From NCBI GenBank assembly GCA_951406725.2, contig OX597814.1, positions 69,626,001-69,690,000 of the forward strand: a stretch of 64,000 bases of DNA. The letters run 5' to 3'. Origin of the DNA: Octopus vulgaris. Lineage: Eukaryota. Below, in pieces: positions 39,101 to 51,719 of the stretch (the stretch's first letter is position 1; each line of letters begins with the position of its first letter). The notes below the pieces were generated by a model. That model saw only the letters and a program-made list of their open reading frames with translations. It was not told the origin of the DNA and did not search any database. A program made the translations under genes and the position numbers.

Positions 39101-39804
39101 CAATTGTATAATAATTACCTCAGGTGAATAAAAGTGTTTATTGTATAGGTTATTCAATCTAAAGCAATAATAGCTTGTAAGAATTGGCCTTGTAAAGCAT
39201 ACACAGAACAAAACTGATTTAGCTTGACAAATGAAAGTTTGAGAGAAAATATTCAGCACATAGCTTTACATGAGTATTTTATATCAAAGAATAATATAGA
39301 AAAAAGTAATCAGAAATTAAAGAACTGCCTATAATGAAGTTGCAGTTGAATCAGGCAGCTTTGAAATGCAAATATCAGAGCAATAAAGAATAAGAAGAGC
39401 AAAAGAGGATTACTGAATTTGAGGATCAGCTATGGAGATAGTTTTTAAAGCAAATACCCTCAAGTCCAGTCATTGTGGCATAAATGTAAATATCAGAACT
39501 TGGAAGGTTTTCAAATGTTTAATCTCAGACAATGTTCTTTTAAGAAATTTTTCTTTGTTGTTCATTTGTACAAAATTCCTGATACTGTCACTCTTATGTA
39601 AAGTTACCATTTTTTTCTATCCACTAATATGTAACTTTTGAAAGCCCTATCTCATATAAGACCAGTGTGATTTGTTTTTTAATCACAAGACATATATTTG
39701 TCTTTTAACTGTTTAGTGTTTACAAAAATATTATTCCATAATAGTCTCTGTACAGAAAACAAGGTCAAAAAAGTAAATAACTGTTACTGGAGTCATCTGC
39801 TTAC

Positions 39805-40059
39805 CTGTTCTTTAAAATGTTGAAGTGTTGGGGGTTTTTTAGGTGCATCTTGCTCAATTACAGTCTTAGTAGCTTGTGCAATTAAGACTTCACCATAAAG
39901 AAGGAATTGTTGCATAAATTCATTCCTATCTCTTTTCCACAAATATGAATATTTCTCAAATGTATTACTGTATTCCATAGCTTGGTTTATCACACTATCA
40001 ACTCTTGCCATAACAGTTTCTCTCATTGTAGCTATTTCATCATTTATTTCAAGATCAGG
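39805..40059 (-). CDS. Dynein heavy chain exon (PDLEIN...PTLQHFKEQ)
   Basis: ctacag acceptor, CAG|gtaagc donor; 255 nt; FEKYSYLW and FMQQFLLYG motifs. Confidence 0.92.
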
Positions 40060-40625
40060 CTGTAGAAATATTAAATGTAAATAATAAACTTTATTTTTAG
40101 TAACATATTTTTCCTGTTATCCTAGCAGAAATGCCACAATTAAAAGTATTACATGAAATAACAGAGAAAGGGTTACAATGAGAGAGAGAAGATTGAGGGG
40201 AGAAAGATAATAAAGACAAACAAGGATGAGGAAACGAATGAGAAAGTTATTAGGTTGTAGAAATAGAAAGACTAATTGGAATAGAGGTAGAACACAAGGC
40301 TTAAGTAAATTGGATAGACTGATTTGCTTCACAATAATTTGTTATATATGCAAATCAATCTATCCAATTTACTTAAGCCTTTAGTAATAGTGAGTTTATA
40401 AGCAGTGTCACTGTGGACAGTTAAAGAAAATATTCAGTCATCAATAAAATCTCAAAGCAGATTGATTTATTGTAGATTGAGCTGATACCTCATTTTTTTT
40501 TTGACCATGAAAATAATGTAGAAAAGATAAGCTGTTTACACATGTATATAAATAGTGTTGTTTAAAATCTACAGATATATTCTATGGTACAGTATAGCAT
40601 AGAAGCAATACACACTTAATGCATC

Positions 40626-41038
40626 TGTAACGAAGATCTGTTATCGATTCACTGAAAGGGTGTCGATCCGATCTAGTTACATACAATTTTATAAGACAAT
40701 ACAGACGAAGTCAGGTTGTAGGTAAAAGACAGCAGTTCGTTTATTTATTGCGATGGCGTACGTGTCTGATGGGAGAAGGACAGCCTCTGATGTACAGCTT
40801 CTTGTTAGTTTGTTGAAGTTTGTTGATGGTCGTTGGCGGCTATGTCGGTGAGGTTGTCAGAGCCTGTTGAATGTACATCCGTTCGCTGTGGGCTGACTTG
40901 CTAGAGAGAAAGATTTGAGTTTGGCGGGCCTGAGGGAACGTTTCCCGCACATGCGCATGGGGAAGACTTCCGGTGGCCACCCGGAAGTAGTCCCATTCTG
41001 CGCATGTGCGCTGAACCCTACACAGTAGCATCACTACA
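40626..41038 (-). mobile_element. Solo LTR (413 bp) with 4-bp TSD
   Basis: CATC|TGTAACGA ... TCACTACA|CATC; CpG-rich; AATAAA on the minus strand near 40741-40750 sets orientation. Confidence 0.85.
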
Positions 41039-41255
41039 CATCAATAATTCATAATTTCAAATTTGAATACATTGTGTTGTACCTTTAGTAGTGAACATAA
41101 TACTGCTTGTTTCTATACTTTCCTAAAATGTCATAGCTTATTTTTTAGTCAGCTGTTTGAAGACTAGAGGATAAAATATCAAAAGTTAGTTACTCCCAAT
41201 CTGTCACATAAAAGTTGAATAAAGCTAATGCAAGAAGTTATGACATTAATTTTAC

Positions 41256-41588
41256 CTCATAATTATGTACATTACTATGCTTTGCAAGCCGTTGTATGCC
41301 TGATGCTTGTGAGTATATATCATCCATGAGTCCTTCAACAAGGTCCCAGAATCCATCTGGGTTTTGAATATTCAGTGATGGAGAAAACTGCATTTCAGGA
41401 ATATTTAACTCCAGTTTCACTTCAAATAGTGGATCAGTTGTTTCATGAGGGTCTGTGTTATTCAGAAAAAAATTGAGACTTGTCCCAATGAGGGCAAAAA
41501 ATCCAACAGCAACTTTCTGATCAACATAGTCAACATATGCTTTCCACTCAACTGAATCAGGATCTGCTTGAAAGTTTTCTATATTTTT
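41256..41588 (-). CDS. Dynein heavy chain exon (KNIENFQAD...VHNYE)
   Basis: ttccag acceptor, GAG|gtaaaa donor; 333 nt; WKAYVDYVD and PLFEVKLEL motifs. Confidence 0.92.
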
Positions 41589-41879
41589 CTGGAATAAATG
41601 CAAGAATAAACATATGCTATAAATACCATATATATTAAGATTACAAAGAGGACAATTGTTAATAACCATATTTTACTCAGTGTGTGGTTCTTGAAATAAG
41701 AAAAGGAAGTGTATTATAAAGAAAAAGAATTAAAGTGTGTATCTTCTGTTCAAAATGGCAACAAACATTGCTTCTCTTTTCAAGATAAACTTTTAACTGT
41801 TTCTAGATAGTTTCCAAGATCTGGATTTATCAACATTCTATCCTGCCCTTTCCTACCATGTGACCTATGACATCTACTG

Positions 41880-43090
41880 CTTTACATGGTTCCACTGATA
41901 ACAGTTGAGTCCCTTAAAAGGAAGATCAGTAGATTTCTCTGCAAGGGTTTGGGGATTTTCCTGAAGACTCAGTGATGTGGCATTGTCTGGAGGCCAGTAA
42001 TATCTTGCAGCTTCCATTCATAAGCATCTCTGAAGAATATATGATAACTTGAAAAAAAATTTCAAAATTGTAAGGGCTCCAGGGATCAGAATATGTCATC
42101 AGTGAGCATATTCCCCTAGGGAGTGGGCATGAAGAGCAGAGAAAGCAATGCAATATGGCAGAAAAATGCCTAAGGTAAAAGGAGCTGGTGAGCATCATGT
42201 CAACTGGCAGAGCAGACTTAGGATACTTTCCAAAGACCCAGGTTAGTAAGACTTAGAGCAAGTAGAAACAACCTTCTATCTAAGAAGAGGTCTGAGCAAG
42301 CACAGAGGAAGAAGAGTTGAGCAGCACAGGGAAGGTTCAGGCTGCATGGAGCATGGACAAGCTTGGAGCATAGGAATACTTGGTCAAACATTATGTAGAT
42401 AGATTTCCATTATATGCAGTTCTTTGCCCAGGTTACCTATGATATCTTACCAAGCCCAGATAAACATCATATCTAAGGTAAGCATGAAACATCATCATGT
42501 CCATTTTGAAAGAAGATCCTTAGAACACTTCAGTAGCTACCAAAGAGCTTTTGGAAATGGCTGCTATCATCAACAACCTCATCAGCTGCTAGGGGCAGTC
42601 ACAAAGAATAATCAGTATAAATAAACACCACTACATCAAAAAGAAAGAAATTAGATTTGTCAAAACTAGAAAGAAACCAAATCCACAATCAAAAACAAGA
42701 ACAGGCACACCCTCTGACTGGCAGCTGGTTGTTGATCTGGGCAGGCTACTGAAGTTACCACAACACTTAGTACCAACACTCTTGTCATACATTATCATCA
42801 CAATGGAACTTAGAGTGCTCTGGGGAAAGAGTATATTGAAGAAGCCAAGGAAAGGTAACATGAGAAGTATTGGGAATTGGAAAAGTGACAGGGTACTTGC
42901 TAGAAAACACATTATGAACATATACAGATAGGCTATAAAGACAGTGCAAGATGTACAGCCTGCAAAGCCCTCAACTGATTGAACTTTACATGGGTGGAAA
43001 AGAAAAGGATCATATTGTTGCATGTGAAGTTGCTAAGAAAGCTATCAGATTACTTTGTATTAAGAAGAATGATATATGAGTGTTTCTGCT
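41880..43090 (+). mobile_element. Decayed RLE-type non-LTR retrotransposon (HERO/NeSL-like) 3' half
   Basis: Remnants LQLPF..SEEY, YDILPSP, SLEH.SS..RA.G.G.Y (zinc knuckle region), DWQLVVDLG..KLPQH. Confidence 0.55.
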
Positions 43091-43291
43091 AGGATGTAAG
43101 TCAATATGTGTCACTTCGATGTGGATGTCTGAAACATGAAACATTTGATGCCTCCAGGTCACATTATTGATGATGTATCTCAGCTCATCTAGGAGATGTT
43201 TTACAAAGTACATACCACTGGCACTTTATGTTTAAATAGTAAAGAGAACCCTCTTCTGTACAAATAAAATGTCTTTGTCATTCAAATAGGA

Positions 43292-43333
<42 letters not shown>

Positions 43334-43356
43334 CACATATTTTAATTTAGCTTTAC

Positions 43357-43601
43357 CTGTAGAAGTTCATGAATTAGTTGCCCATTTTTAGTAATTTCTG
43401 CTGAGCGCTTTGCTAGACGATCTATTCTGTCATCCAAATTGAGCAAGAGTCCATTTTTTTCATCTTTACGCTCAAACAATGGTAGCTTATTCCATGTGGA
43501 CATCAATACTTCAATTGTTTGTACATTTTCCTTTGACATTTTGAGGCTAATGTATAATTTATAAATTGTATTCTTTGTTTCTTCTATATACTCCCAGATA
43601 C
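43357..43601 (-). CDS. Dynein heavy chain exon (GIWEYIEE...IHELLQ)
   Basis: cattag acceptor, CAG|gtaaag donor; 245 nt, phase 1 to 0, in frame with previous exon. Confidence 0.9.
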
Positions 43602-44040
43602 CTAATGAAATAGATCATGTTATCAAATAATCTCATTACATGGAAACAGCAAACTATATTAAGCATAACACTTCAATGTAGTAAGATACTGGTATTAAAA
43701 GCACAATAATTGTAGAGATTTTAAAAAAAATATGTTCCATGAGATGGACATACAAAATTAACCTTTAGGAAAAAGAAAAAAACTGTAAATGAAATCTGCA
43801 GAAGGTGAGGCATTAAAGACATCAGCTGAGGTGTGTCTTCCACTTATTACAAAATTTCTTATGTTATATGGACATTCTGCACTCAGTATGTGACTTTCTT
43901 ATATGAATGAACACTTTTGTTCATTCATATCAATAAACCAGTAAAATGTGTGTGTAATGTAAGAAATTGGTTAAGATATGGAAGAAGTGAATATTAGACT
44001 TCAAGGATGAGATGAAATAAAATTTTGTAGACAGTGACAT

Positions 44041-44446
44041 AGGCGCAGGAGTGGCTGTGTGGTAAGTAGCTTGCTAACCAACCACATGGCTCTGGGTTCA
44101 GTCCCACTGCGTGGCATCTTGGGCAAGTGTCTTCTGCTATAGCCCCGGGCCGACCAATGCCTTGTGAGTGGATTTGGTAGACGGAAACTGAAAGAAGCCT
44201 GTCATATATATGTATATATATATATGTGTGTGTGTGTGTTTGTGTGTTTGTCCCCCTAGCATTGCTTGACAACCGATGCTGGTGTGTTTACGTCCCCGTT
44301 ACTTAGCGGTTCGGCAAAAGAGACCGATAGAATAAGTACTGGGCTTACAAAGAATAAGTCCCGGGGTCGATTTGCTCGACTAAAGGCGGTGCTCCAGCAT
44401 GGCCGCAGTCAAACGACTGAAACAAGTAAAAGATAAAAGATAAAAG
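44041..44446 (+). mobile_element. Full-length tRNA-derived SINE (OK-like)
   Basis: GGCGCAGGAGTGGCTGTGTGGTAAG A-box, GGTTCAGTCCC B-box, CORE-like body, (TAAAAGA)n tail. Confidence 0.9.
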
Positions 44447-44949
44447 TGAGGCAACAACAGTGGTGACAATAGTGGCAGCAATGATAATAATGACAATATC
44501 TAGTTTATATGTATTTTATTGATAGTGAAGTAGTAGAAGAGTAGCAATTCTGAACCTAATTAACTACCATATTTTGTTTCCTAGGTGGACATAACTATTC
44601 TGCAATAACTTTGCTAATATCCTTTGGAAAGATAATGAATGTTTTACAATCTCCCATTTCCAACTTAGTTAAGAAAATATAAATTGTTTTCATAACAAGA
44701 TATCAGGTTTACAGCTTGAGGAAACTTCCTTGATGGTTCAATGGTATTTGACTTTTGTTGATAGTCATAATAGCCATGACTAAACTGGAGGAATAGGATT
44801 GTTCAATGCAGTTAATATGCTTAACATATATGATCTGCATTAGTTGACAGAAAGAAAATATAATCTAAAAGAGTTCTAATGCAGGGGGCTAGTTAAAATG
44901 TAGTTTAAAAGATACGACAAAAAAATGAGATCACAGCTGTAATCTACAC

Positions 44950-45470
44950 CAGTGTCACATGACTAGCCAACTCAAAAAGTACCCTTGGATTGTAGGGCGA
45001 CATGCTGTACTTGAGGAGACCTATTGAGTCAACTACATCAACATCAAAATGAAATCAAATCACAATCAAATGGAAATTGTAGTTGTGGTCTCTGTGCCAG
45101 TGGCACGTAAAAAGCACCATCCAAATGTGGTAGGTGCCAGCCCCCTTGCCCCGACTGGCTTCTGTGCCAGTGGCACATAAAAAGCACCATCCAAACATGG
45201 CCGATGCCAAACCACCTTGACTGGCTCCCATGCTGGTGGCACATAAAAAGCACCATCCGATCGTGGTTGATGCCAGCCCCTTCTGGCCCGTGCTGGTGGC
45301 ACATAAAAAGCACCCACTACACTCAAAGAGTGGTTTGCATTAGGAAGGGCAACCAACTGTAGAAACACTGCTAGATCAGACTGGAGTCTAGTGCAGCCTC
45401 TTGGCTTTTCAGACCCCAGTCGAACCATCCAATCCAGATCAGCATGGAAAATGGACATTAAACGATGATG
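44950..45470 (+). mobile_element. RTE 3' UTR with four tandem units
   Basis: gtgcc.gtggcac.taaaaagcacc four times, RTE tail. Confidence 0.85.
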
Positions 45471-46364
45471 AGGAGGAGGAGGGGGATGACAGGAGCAGAA
45501 TTTAAGTCAGATATATGACATGTAGTTTCAGGTGAAATGTAACATATTGAACCACTGGCTATTTAAAGTATGTATAGCATAATTTCATTCCACTACAACA
45601 CTTTTGGTTACTCCAAGAAGACATATAACTGAATAACCCAGTCTAATTATCTAACAAGAGATATTGCTCCTGTTTCACAAAAAAAGGGATTCTCTGAAGC
45701 ATCTCTGTAATAATGTTACTCAGAGATCACAGCCCCAGTACTTTAGACATGTAATGAGAATGTTGCAGGAAAGAATCGCATGAAGGATTCAAGCTGAACC
45801 AACCAGCAGGAGATCTAGGGGTAGTCCAAGAATGAGATGCCTGGATAATATCCATAGTCTCAGCTAGTCATACTTGCGAATCCAGCAAGAAAGTGTAATG
45901 ATGGTTGCTACTGATAGGACCCTATAAATGAAGTACTTGAGGACTCCATTCTTATGATCCTCTCAAGAATAGAGGGCAAGAAGATGGGCAGTTATTCAAA
46001 AGGGCTTTCAGTTGTAGAGGTCCAATATTCCATCAACTCATGTTAAAGTTTACAAAATATCGTTCTACTTATGCAATGCAGAAAATACTGTTAAAACAGT
46101 AGCTCAGGCATCATTCGTCTATTTTGGCATGATTTCTATGGCTGGATGCCCTTCCTAACACCAACCACTTTTCTTTAATTAGATTATTCATACAGCAGGT
46201 ACAAGACCATAAAACTGTAAGGGGAGAGACATATCTAAGTAAAACTGTGTACAATTTGTATAAATAGTGTACAATTTCAATCTTCTAGTAATTTTCCAAT
46301 TCCAACTTTGGTAACAACCTACATAAAAACAAAAACATACACAAAATATAAAACAAAAACAAAC

Positions 46365-46620
46365 CTTCGCTATTCCAGTTCATTTGCTTTTCAGCTTGAT
46401 GAAGCTGCTCATCAATTACGCCAAGCTGGTTGACAATAAGAGGAAATTCCACAGTAAGGGCTGATGTACGAATATCATCGTACCAAAATACTGTTTGGTC
46501 AAGGTTTGTTACATACCGATAGAAATCATCTCTTCTAGCATATAATTCATTGCTGCTGTCAGGGATATTTGAAATACCTCTAATTTCCATGTATTTCACC
46601 TCTTTTAGGACAGCAGTTAG
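46365..46620 (-). CDS. Dynein heavy chain exon (LTAVLKEVKY...MNWNSE)
   Basis: ttcag acceptor, G|gtttgt donor; 256 nt, phase 0 to 1. Confidence 0.9.
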
Positions 46621-47945
46621 CTGAATATGTAAGAACACAGTTAGATTAAAATTAGTTAAATGGCTTTTTTAACTGTAGCTGTTGGAAGAAATTTTAAATA
46701 TATTGAAACAATATCATATTTTAAAATGAATATTAGAAATATCATACTGCAAAATATTCAATACATACAATAATCCTATATACCGTAATAATGCAACATA
46801 ATAATATCATACATAGCAATACACTATAAAGAGCAATATCATATATAACAACACTATTAATATCATATAAAACATTTATATGTTACTGAATGAAGCTCCA
46901 CATTATTTTACCATTTCTAATTCTATATTATCCAAATAAATATTTCTTTTTTAAATTTCAACATTCTTGATACTTAATGAAACCAGGAATGTTAACTGTC
47001 AACATGTGAAAGATTGGTCATTGCCATAAGTAAAATAGCCTCATAATCTTTATAAAACTAAAATTCAAAGTTCATTTTTGTTTGTGAATTCCATAGCAAA
47101 ACTAGTACTTTGTTGTGATAAAATGTTTGACTTCTATACTTTCTATATATTTTTTGTAAAATAATTTCCAGTGTATTTCTGATCAGTGGAACCTTCAAAA
47201 TAGAAAGATTTTTGTGCCTTATTACATCACAATGGAAAAGAAACATCTCTCCAATGATAAACAACAGACAATAATAAATAGAACAGTCAGACAGACATAC
47301 AAAAAAGCAAAATCCTACAGAGACTGACATACAAAGACACCACATGCACACATAGACATAATATACCAAATGCATAAACACACAAAAAAAGCACACCCAG
47401 ACTTCTAATAGCAAACACACATATATAGATTTATATGTAAGCATTTATCGATTTAAAACTATTTCAGTGAGAGACTGAACTAAAGGTAAATTAGTTTATA
47501 ATGTATGAAATATATAATTAATGTCTTCTGCAATTTTAAGAGTTATGAAATGTTTGTCTTTGAAATGTTTGAAATGTCTTTGAAATGTTTGTCACAAAGG
47601 AATAGGTATCTCTATTCGTTTGTCTCTCTTACTCTCTCTCCCTTTCTGCATGCACAAACACATATTAGATAAATAGATAGAAAGAGATGCTATGTTATAT
47701 ATATATATAAGAGTGCACTTTTCTATGCAAATCTTTAACACTCTAGTACTGAAAACTGTAAACTTTCACATGGAACTTTTGCATACAATGATATTAAAAA
47801 CAAAATGGTATCAAAATAATTGTAACTGGTTATTGAAGATGTACTAGTCTTTCTTTGTCTTCTTATTGGGAATACATATGTATGTACATATGTACACACA
47901 CACGCACACACCGCATGCACATACATACATACATACATACATACA

Positions 47946-47978
<33 letters not shown>

Positions 47979-48167
47979 TACTTTAGTGTAAATGGTTAGC
48001 ATATGTGTTAATGGGTACATGTATTGTCTGAATTCTACAAGCAGTTTTCACACTTTTTTCTACAACAAAGCTTTTAGAATGGATCTGGTTGATGCATATT
48101 GAAAGATCACTTTATGTTTGTGTGTATACACACATATAAACACACACACACAAATATAAAATTGAAC

Positions 48168-48360
48168 ATCCATGGCCTAGTGGTTAGGAATGTTGCACTC
48201 ATGATAGTGATTTTCAAACTGGCTGTGCATTGTATTCTTGAGCAAAACACTTCATTTCATATTACACCAGTTCACCCTGCTGTAAATAGGTAACCCCATG
48301 ATGGAGTGGCCTTTCAATCAGGTAGGAATGTTGGCTGTTCACCTAGCCAGCAGAATGGCA
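48168..48360 (+). mobile_element. Degenerate tRNA-derived SINE (OR/Ceph-like)
   Basis: catggcctagtggttagg head; ttcttgagcaaaacactt; ctgctgtaaatagg. Confidence 0.55.
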
Positions 48361-48689
48361 TTGATGTATAACAACATCTGATCAATACTGTGATACTATG
48401 ATATATATAAATATATTAATACACACAGACATGTATGTACCTAACCACATCTCCTGACCTCTTTTGACAAATATGTCCTCACTATATAGACTAGTATATA
48501 TCTAATCTAGTGCATTGACCATTCTGTCTTTCCATCACAGGATAGTATATTATTCCTACTCAACCCTAATTCACTCTCTATTCTTTACCATGGATTATTA
48601 TCAAATATTCTTATTTGAACATAACCAAAACTAAAGAGAGCAATAATAATAAAGCATTTATTGGTACCCTACCATCTCAGATTTATATC

Positions 48690-50025
48690 ACAGAATATTA
48701 CATTTGGAGAATTTTGTATCACTGTAAAGTAGCAGGATAAACAACATACTTGGTTTTACCATTTGGTGTGAATATGAAGAGATTGTTGCCATTTCCAATT
48801 CTGGAACAACCAACATAAAGCTGACCATGGGAGAAGCACTGCTGCATGAGGAGAAGTCCAACAATTTTCAGTGATTGTCCTTGGCTCTTGTTAATTGATA
48901 TTGCAAAACTAACACTTACTAGAAATTGAAGTCTCTTGAATTCAAAGGGCATACATTCTGGAATCAGTGGACTTCTTGGAATAAACACGTTTTCTCTCTT
49001 TCCTTGTCCAGTGAGGATTGTTGCTGCCAAAAGATGTGGATGCATTTGCCTGACAATCAGTCTTGTTCCATTGCACAGCTTTAGAGGATACAGATTTCTC
49101 AAAAGCATGACTGGAACTATTTTCTTCAATGTCAGTTTGTTAGAAATCATTCCAGGAGGATCCAAAGAGTTAAGAAACTAAGTAGGATAATTCACATATT
49201 CACTGGGGTCTACAACAATATCAATATTTTTTTTCCTCGGTATTGATTGATTGCATAATTTTCCATTTGACAACCTGGACAGTTTCATTCTTTGGGTAAA
49301 CAACCTTTTGCAAGGAAAAAACTTCAAATCTGAAGAAGATGCAAAAACAACCTTGCATAATTTCATCACCTCTTGCTCTCCAGAATTCTTTGCTGCCGGC
49401 ATAAATAAGCTACTGATAAATTGGCAAAACTGTGTTGATAATTCAGGTGCATAATCAACTCTTCTACAGTTTTGACCAAAATGCCACAGCCATTTGGAAA
49501 AATGATGTCTCCATTACTGTCTTGCTGAATGCTTCTATTTCCCAGATCCAGTAGCTGAGCTGCAAATCTTCCAGTACCCAATTCTCTAAATAAACTGACT
49601 CTGCTGAAAGCTCAATCTGGCCAGAAGTCCAATCAGGCCAAAAGTCCAACCTGGCTGAAAGTCCAATTTGGGTGAAAGTCCAATTTGGGTGGAAGTCCAA
49701 TTCTTCAAAATTTCCTTCCAAGTGCTTCAATTCACAAACTCCATGGAACTTCAAAACTTTATGAACAAGGAACCTTTCACTAACTTGGATCTAGTTTTAA
49801 ATGAACTGTATTGAAAATATTTAAAAAATTTGTTGTAGCATATAACAAATCCTCATCCAGACCTGATCCCAATGCTGGGTGTTCAAGAACCAAATGAAGG
49901 TCAGATTTTCAATCCCAGGATCATCCTAATTCCAAAAATATGTCTATGTAGAGCACAGTTATACTGAGATAGCAGGTCCTGGATGGACAGACAGACAGAA
50001 TTTCATGTTTATTATCATAGCTAAG
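48690..50025 (-). mobile_element. Older Helitron remnant (Pif1 helicase C-terminus), interrupted
   Basis: MLLRNL..CNGTRL, FAISINKSQGQSL, FSHGQLYVGCSR; Helitron-like 5' end near 50020. Confidence 0.8.
49240..49455 (+). mobile_element. Mariner transposase C-terminal fragment inside the Helitron
   Basis: LQGKNFKSEED..FFAAGINKL..WQNCVD..G. Confidence 0.75.
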
Positions 50026-50628
50026 TAGTGGATGTTCACAATCACACAGGTGCATACCCACATATGCAAGAAAAAATAGTACATGTTGATATGAATATAT
50101 ATATATATATATAATATACACACACATACAAACATACTTCCACACTCACGTTGACGTAAATACATGTACATACATATATACGCATACACCCACATTTTAC
50201 CCTACTTTCGTTCTAAAATTCTAACAGCACAGAGGCTATCCAATGGTTTAGATTCTTATCCTATAAAAATAGATATAAATATATTCAAGTTGATATAGAT
50301 GAGAATTATTCTAGCTTCTCACCCATTCTATTTAATAAGGCCTAAATTTTTGCACTTGAAAATTCTAGGAAAATTCTAGGAAAGATGTGGATATAATTTT
50401 AGCAGCCCTTCAAACAGTTATTAAAGTTGATGGGAATATTTGGGCCCATAAGGTTACCTCCAATTACTTTGACACCCCTATGTGAATATATATGCCAATA
50501 AACATTTATTTTGAATATTTTGAATATAACTGTGTGCTTATGGGTATGTACACGTGTGTGTGTGTGGATATACATATGTGTACATTGTGTGTGTGTGTGT
50601 GTGTGTGTGTGGATATACATATGTGTAC

Positions 50629-50673
<45 letters not shown>

Positions 50674-50979
50674 GTATGTATATATGTACATGTAGATGTA
50701 CGTGTATGGTTGCATATATATGTGGGTCCACATGCATGTTAGCTTGTTGATATTGTGTATTGTTTGAAAATGGATGAATATATCAGTATGTCTATGTTCC
50801 TATGAGTGTATATACAAGAAGGTACCCAAAAGTAACCAGAAACGTTCTCTGTATGAATATATATATATTCCATTGTAATACAGGCCTCTGCCACTAGAAG
50901 CCACTTGATGCAACCCTCAGGCATCAGTCTGCCAAGCAGCAACATTGAGTAAGGTTGTAGTATCATGTGGTGCATTTTT

Positions 50980-51410
50980 GTTTTGCCATGCTTCTCCCTG
51001 ATTCGTTGATTTTTACAAAGAATGAAATGAAAGAACAGCATGCTTCTGAGAAATTCTGTTTTCTGCTGAGGAATGGTGGCTGAAATAGTGGTCATGCTTC
51101 AAACAGCTTAAAAAAACATTGCCATGGGCAAAACACAAGTTTATGAGTGGTTTTCATGCTTTAGGAATGGTCACTTGTCACTTGAAGACAAACCTTGTTC
51201 AGGGCAACCATCAATCTCTCAAAATTAAACATCAGGAAAATTCATGAACTGATCTTGGAGGACCATGACCTAACAACTGACAAACTTGTTGATGTGACTG
51301 GTGTGTTCTGAACCTCCTGCTATGAATTTTGCAAATGAAGACTTGTAGCAAAATCTCTGCCTCGCTTGCTCATGGAAGACCAAAAGTAGTCACAACTAAA
51401 TGCATTAGAA
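50980..51410 (+). mobile_element. Decayed mariner transposase N-terminal fragment
   Basis: KFCF..YEWF..FRNGH.SLEDKPCSGQP HTH region. Confidence 0.7.
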
Positions 51411-51627
51411 AATTATTATTTTTAAATCTCACAACAAGGGATATTCAGCAACAGTACTTTGTAGTAAAGACTGTTTGCCAACATAATATGACAGTCCTTG
51501 TTCAGGATGAATGTTGCTGTAATTTAGCCCCAGGAGACATTGTCTCCAGCTGGTTATACGACATGATCTGTGTCCTTATATTTTCGAACAAGGGAATCTA
51601 GCATCCCCACTCAGCTCAAAACAATAT

Positions 51628-51669
51628 CTATGTATCGCGATTTCTGGTTATTTCCCTTCATTGGCACAG
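51628..51669 (-). ncRNA. Decayed hammerhead motif within a non-coding repeat (about 51440-51700)
   Basis: CUGUG-CCAAUGA-AGG..CCA-GAAA-UCGCG-AUA-CAUAG; palindromic stem III, core mutated. Confidence 0.55.
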
Positions 51670-51719
51670 AATAACCGTTCAGCTTGAGGTGGCACTGCCA
51701 AATTCCCATTCAAAATGTA

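Larger units (their letters stand above)
9402..46620 (-). other. DNAH9/DNAH17: Axonemal dynein heavy chain gene (outer-arm beta type), internal portion with 8 coding exons; gene extends beyond both window ends
   Basis: Eight AG/GT-bounded exons with compatible phases give a continuous 696-aa frame with dynein tail motifs (LTAVLKEVKY, WFRVDIRPFK, KKWSFMFKQYL, LPDKWNNTKK, LQSPAIRDRHWQQLM). The exact paralogue cannot be resolved without a phylogeny. Confidence 0.92.

Noticed and set aside
44041-44115. tRNA gene
   Set aside because: tRNA-derived SINE head followed by SINE body; no complete cloverleaf.
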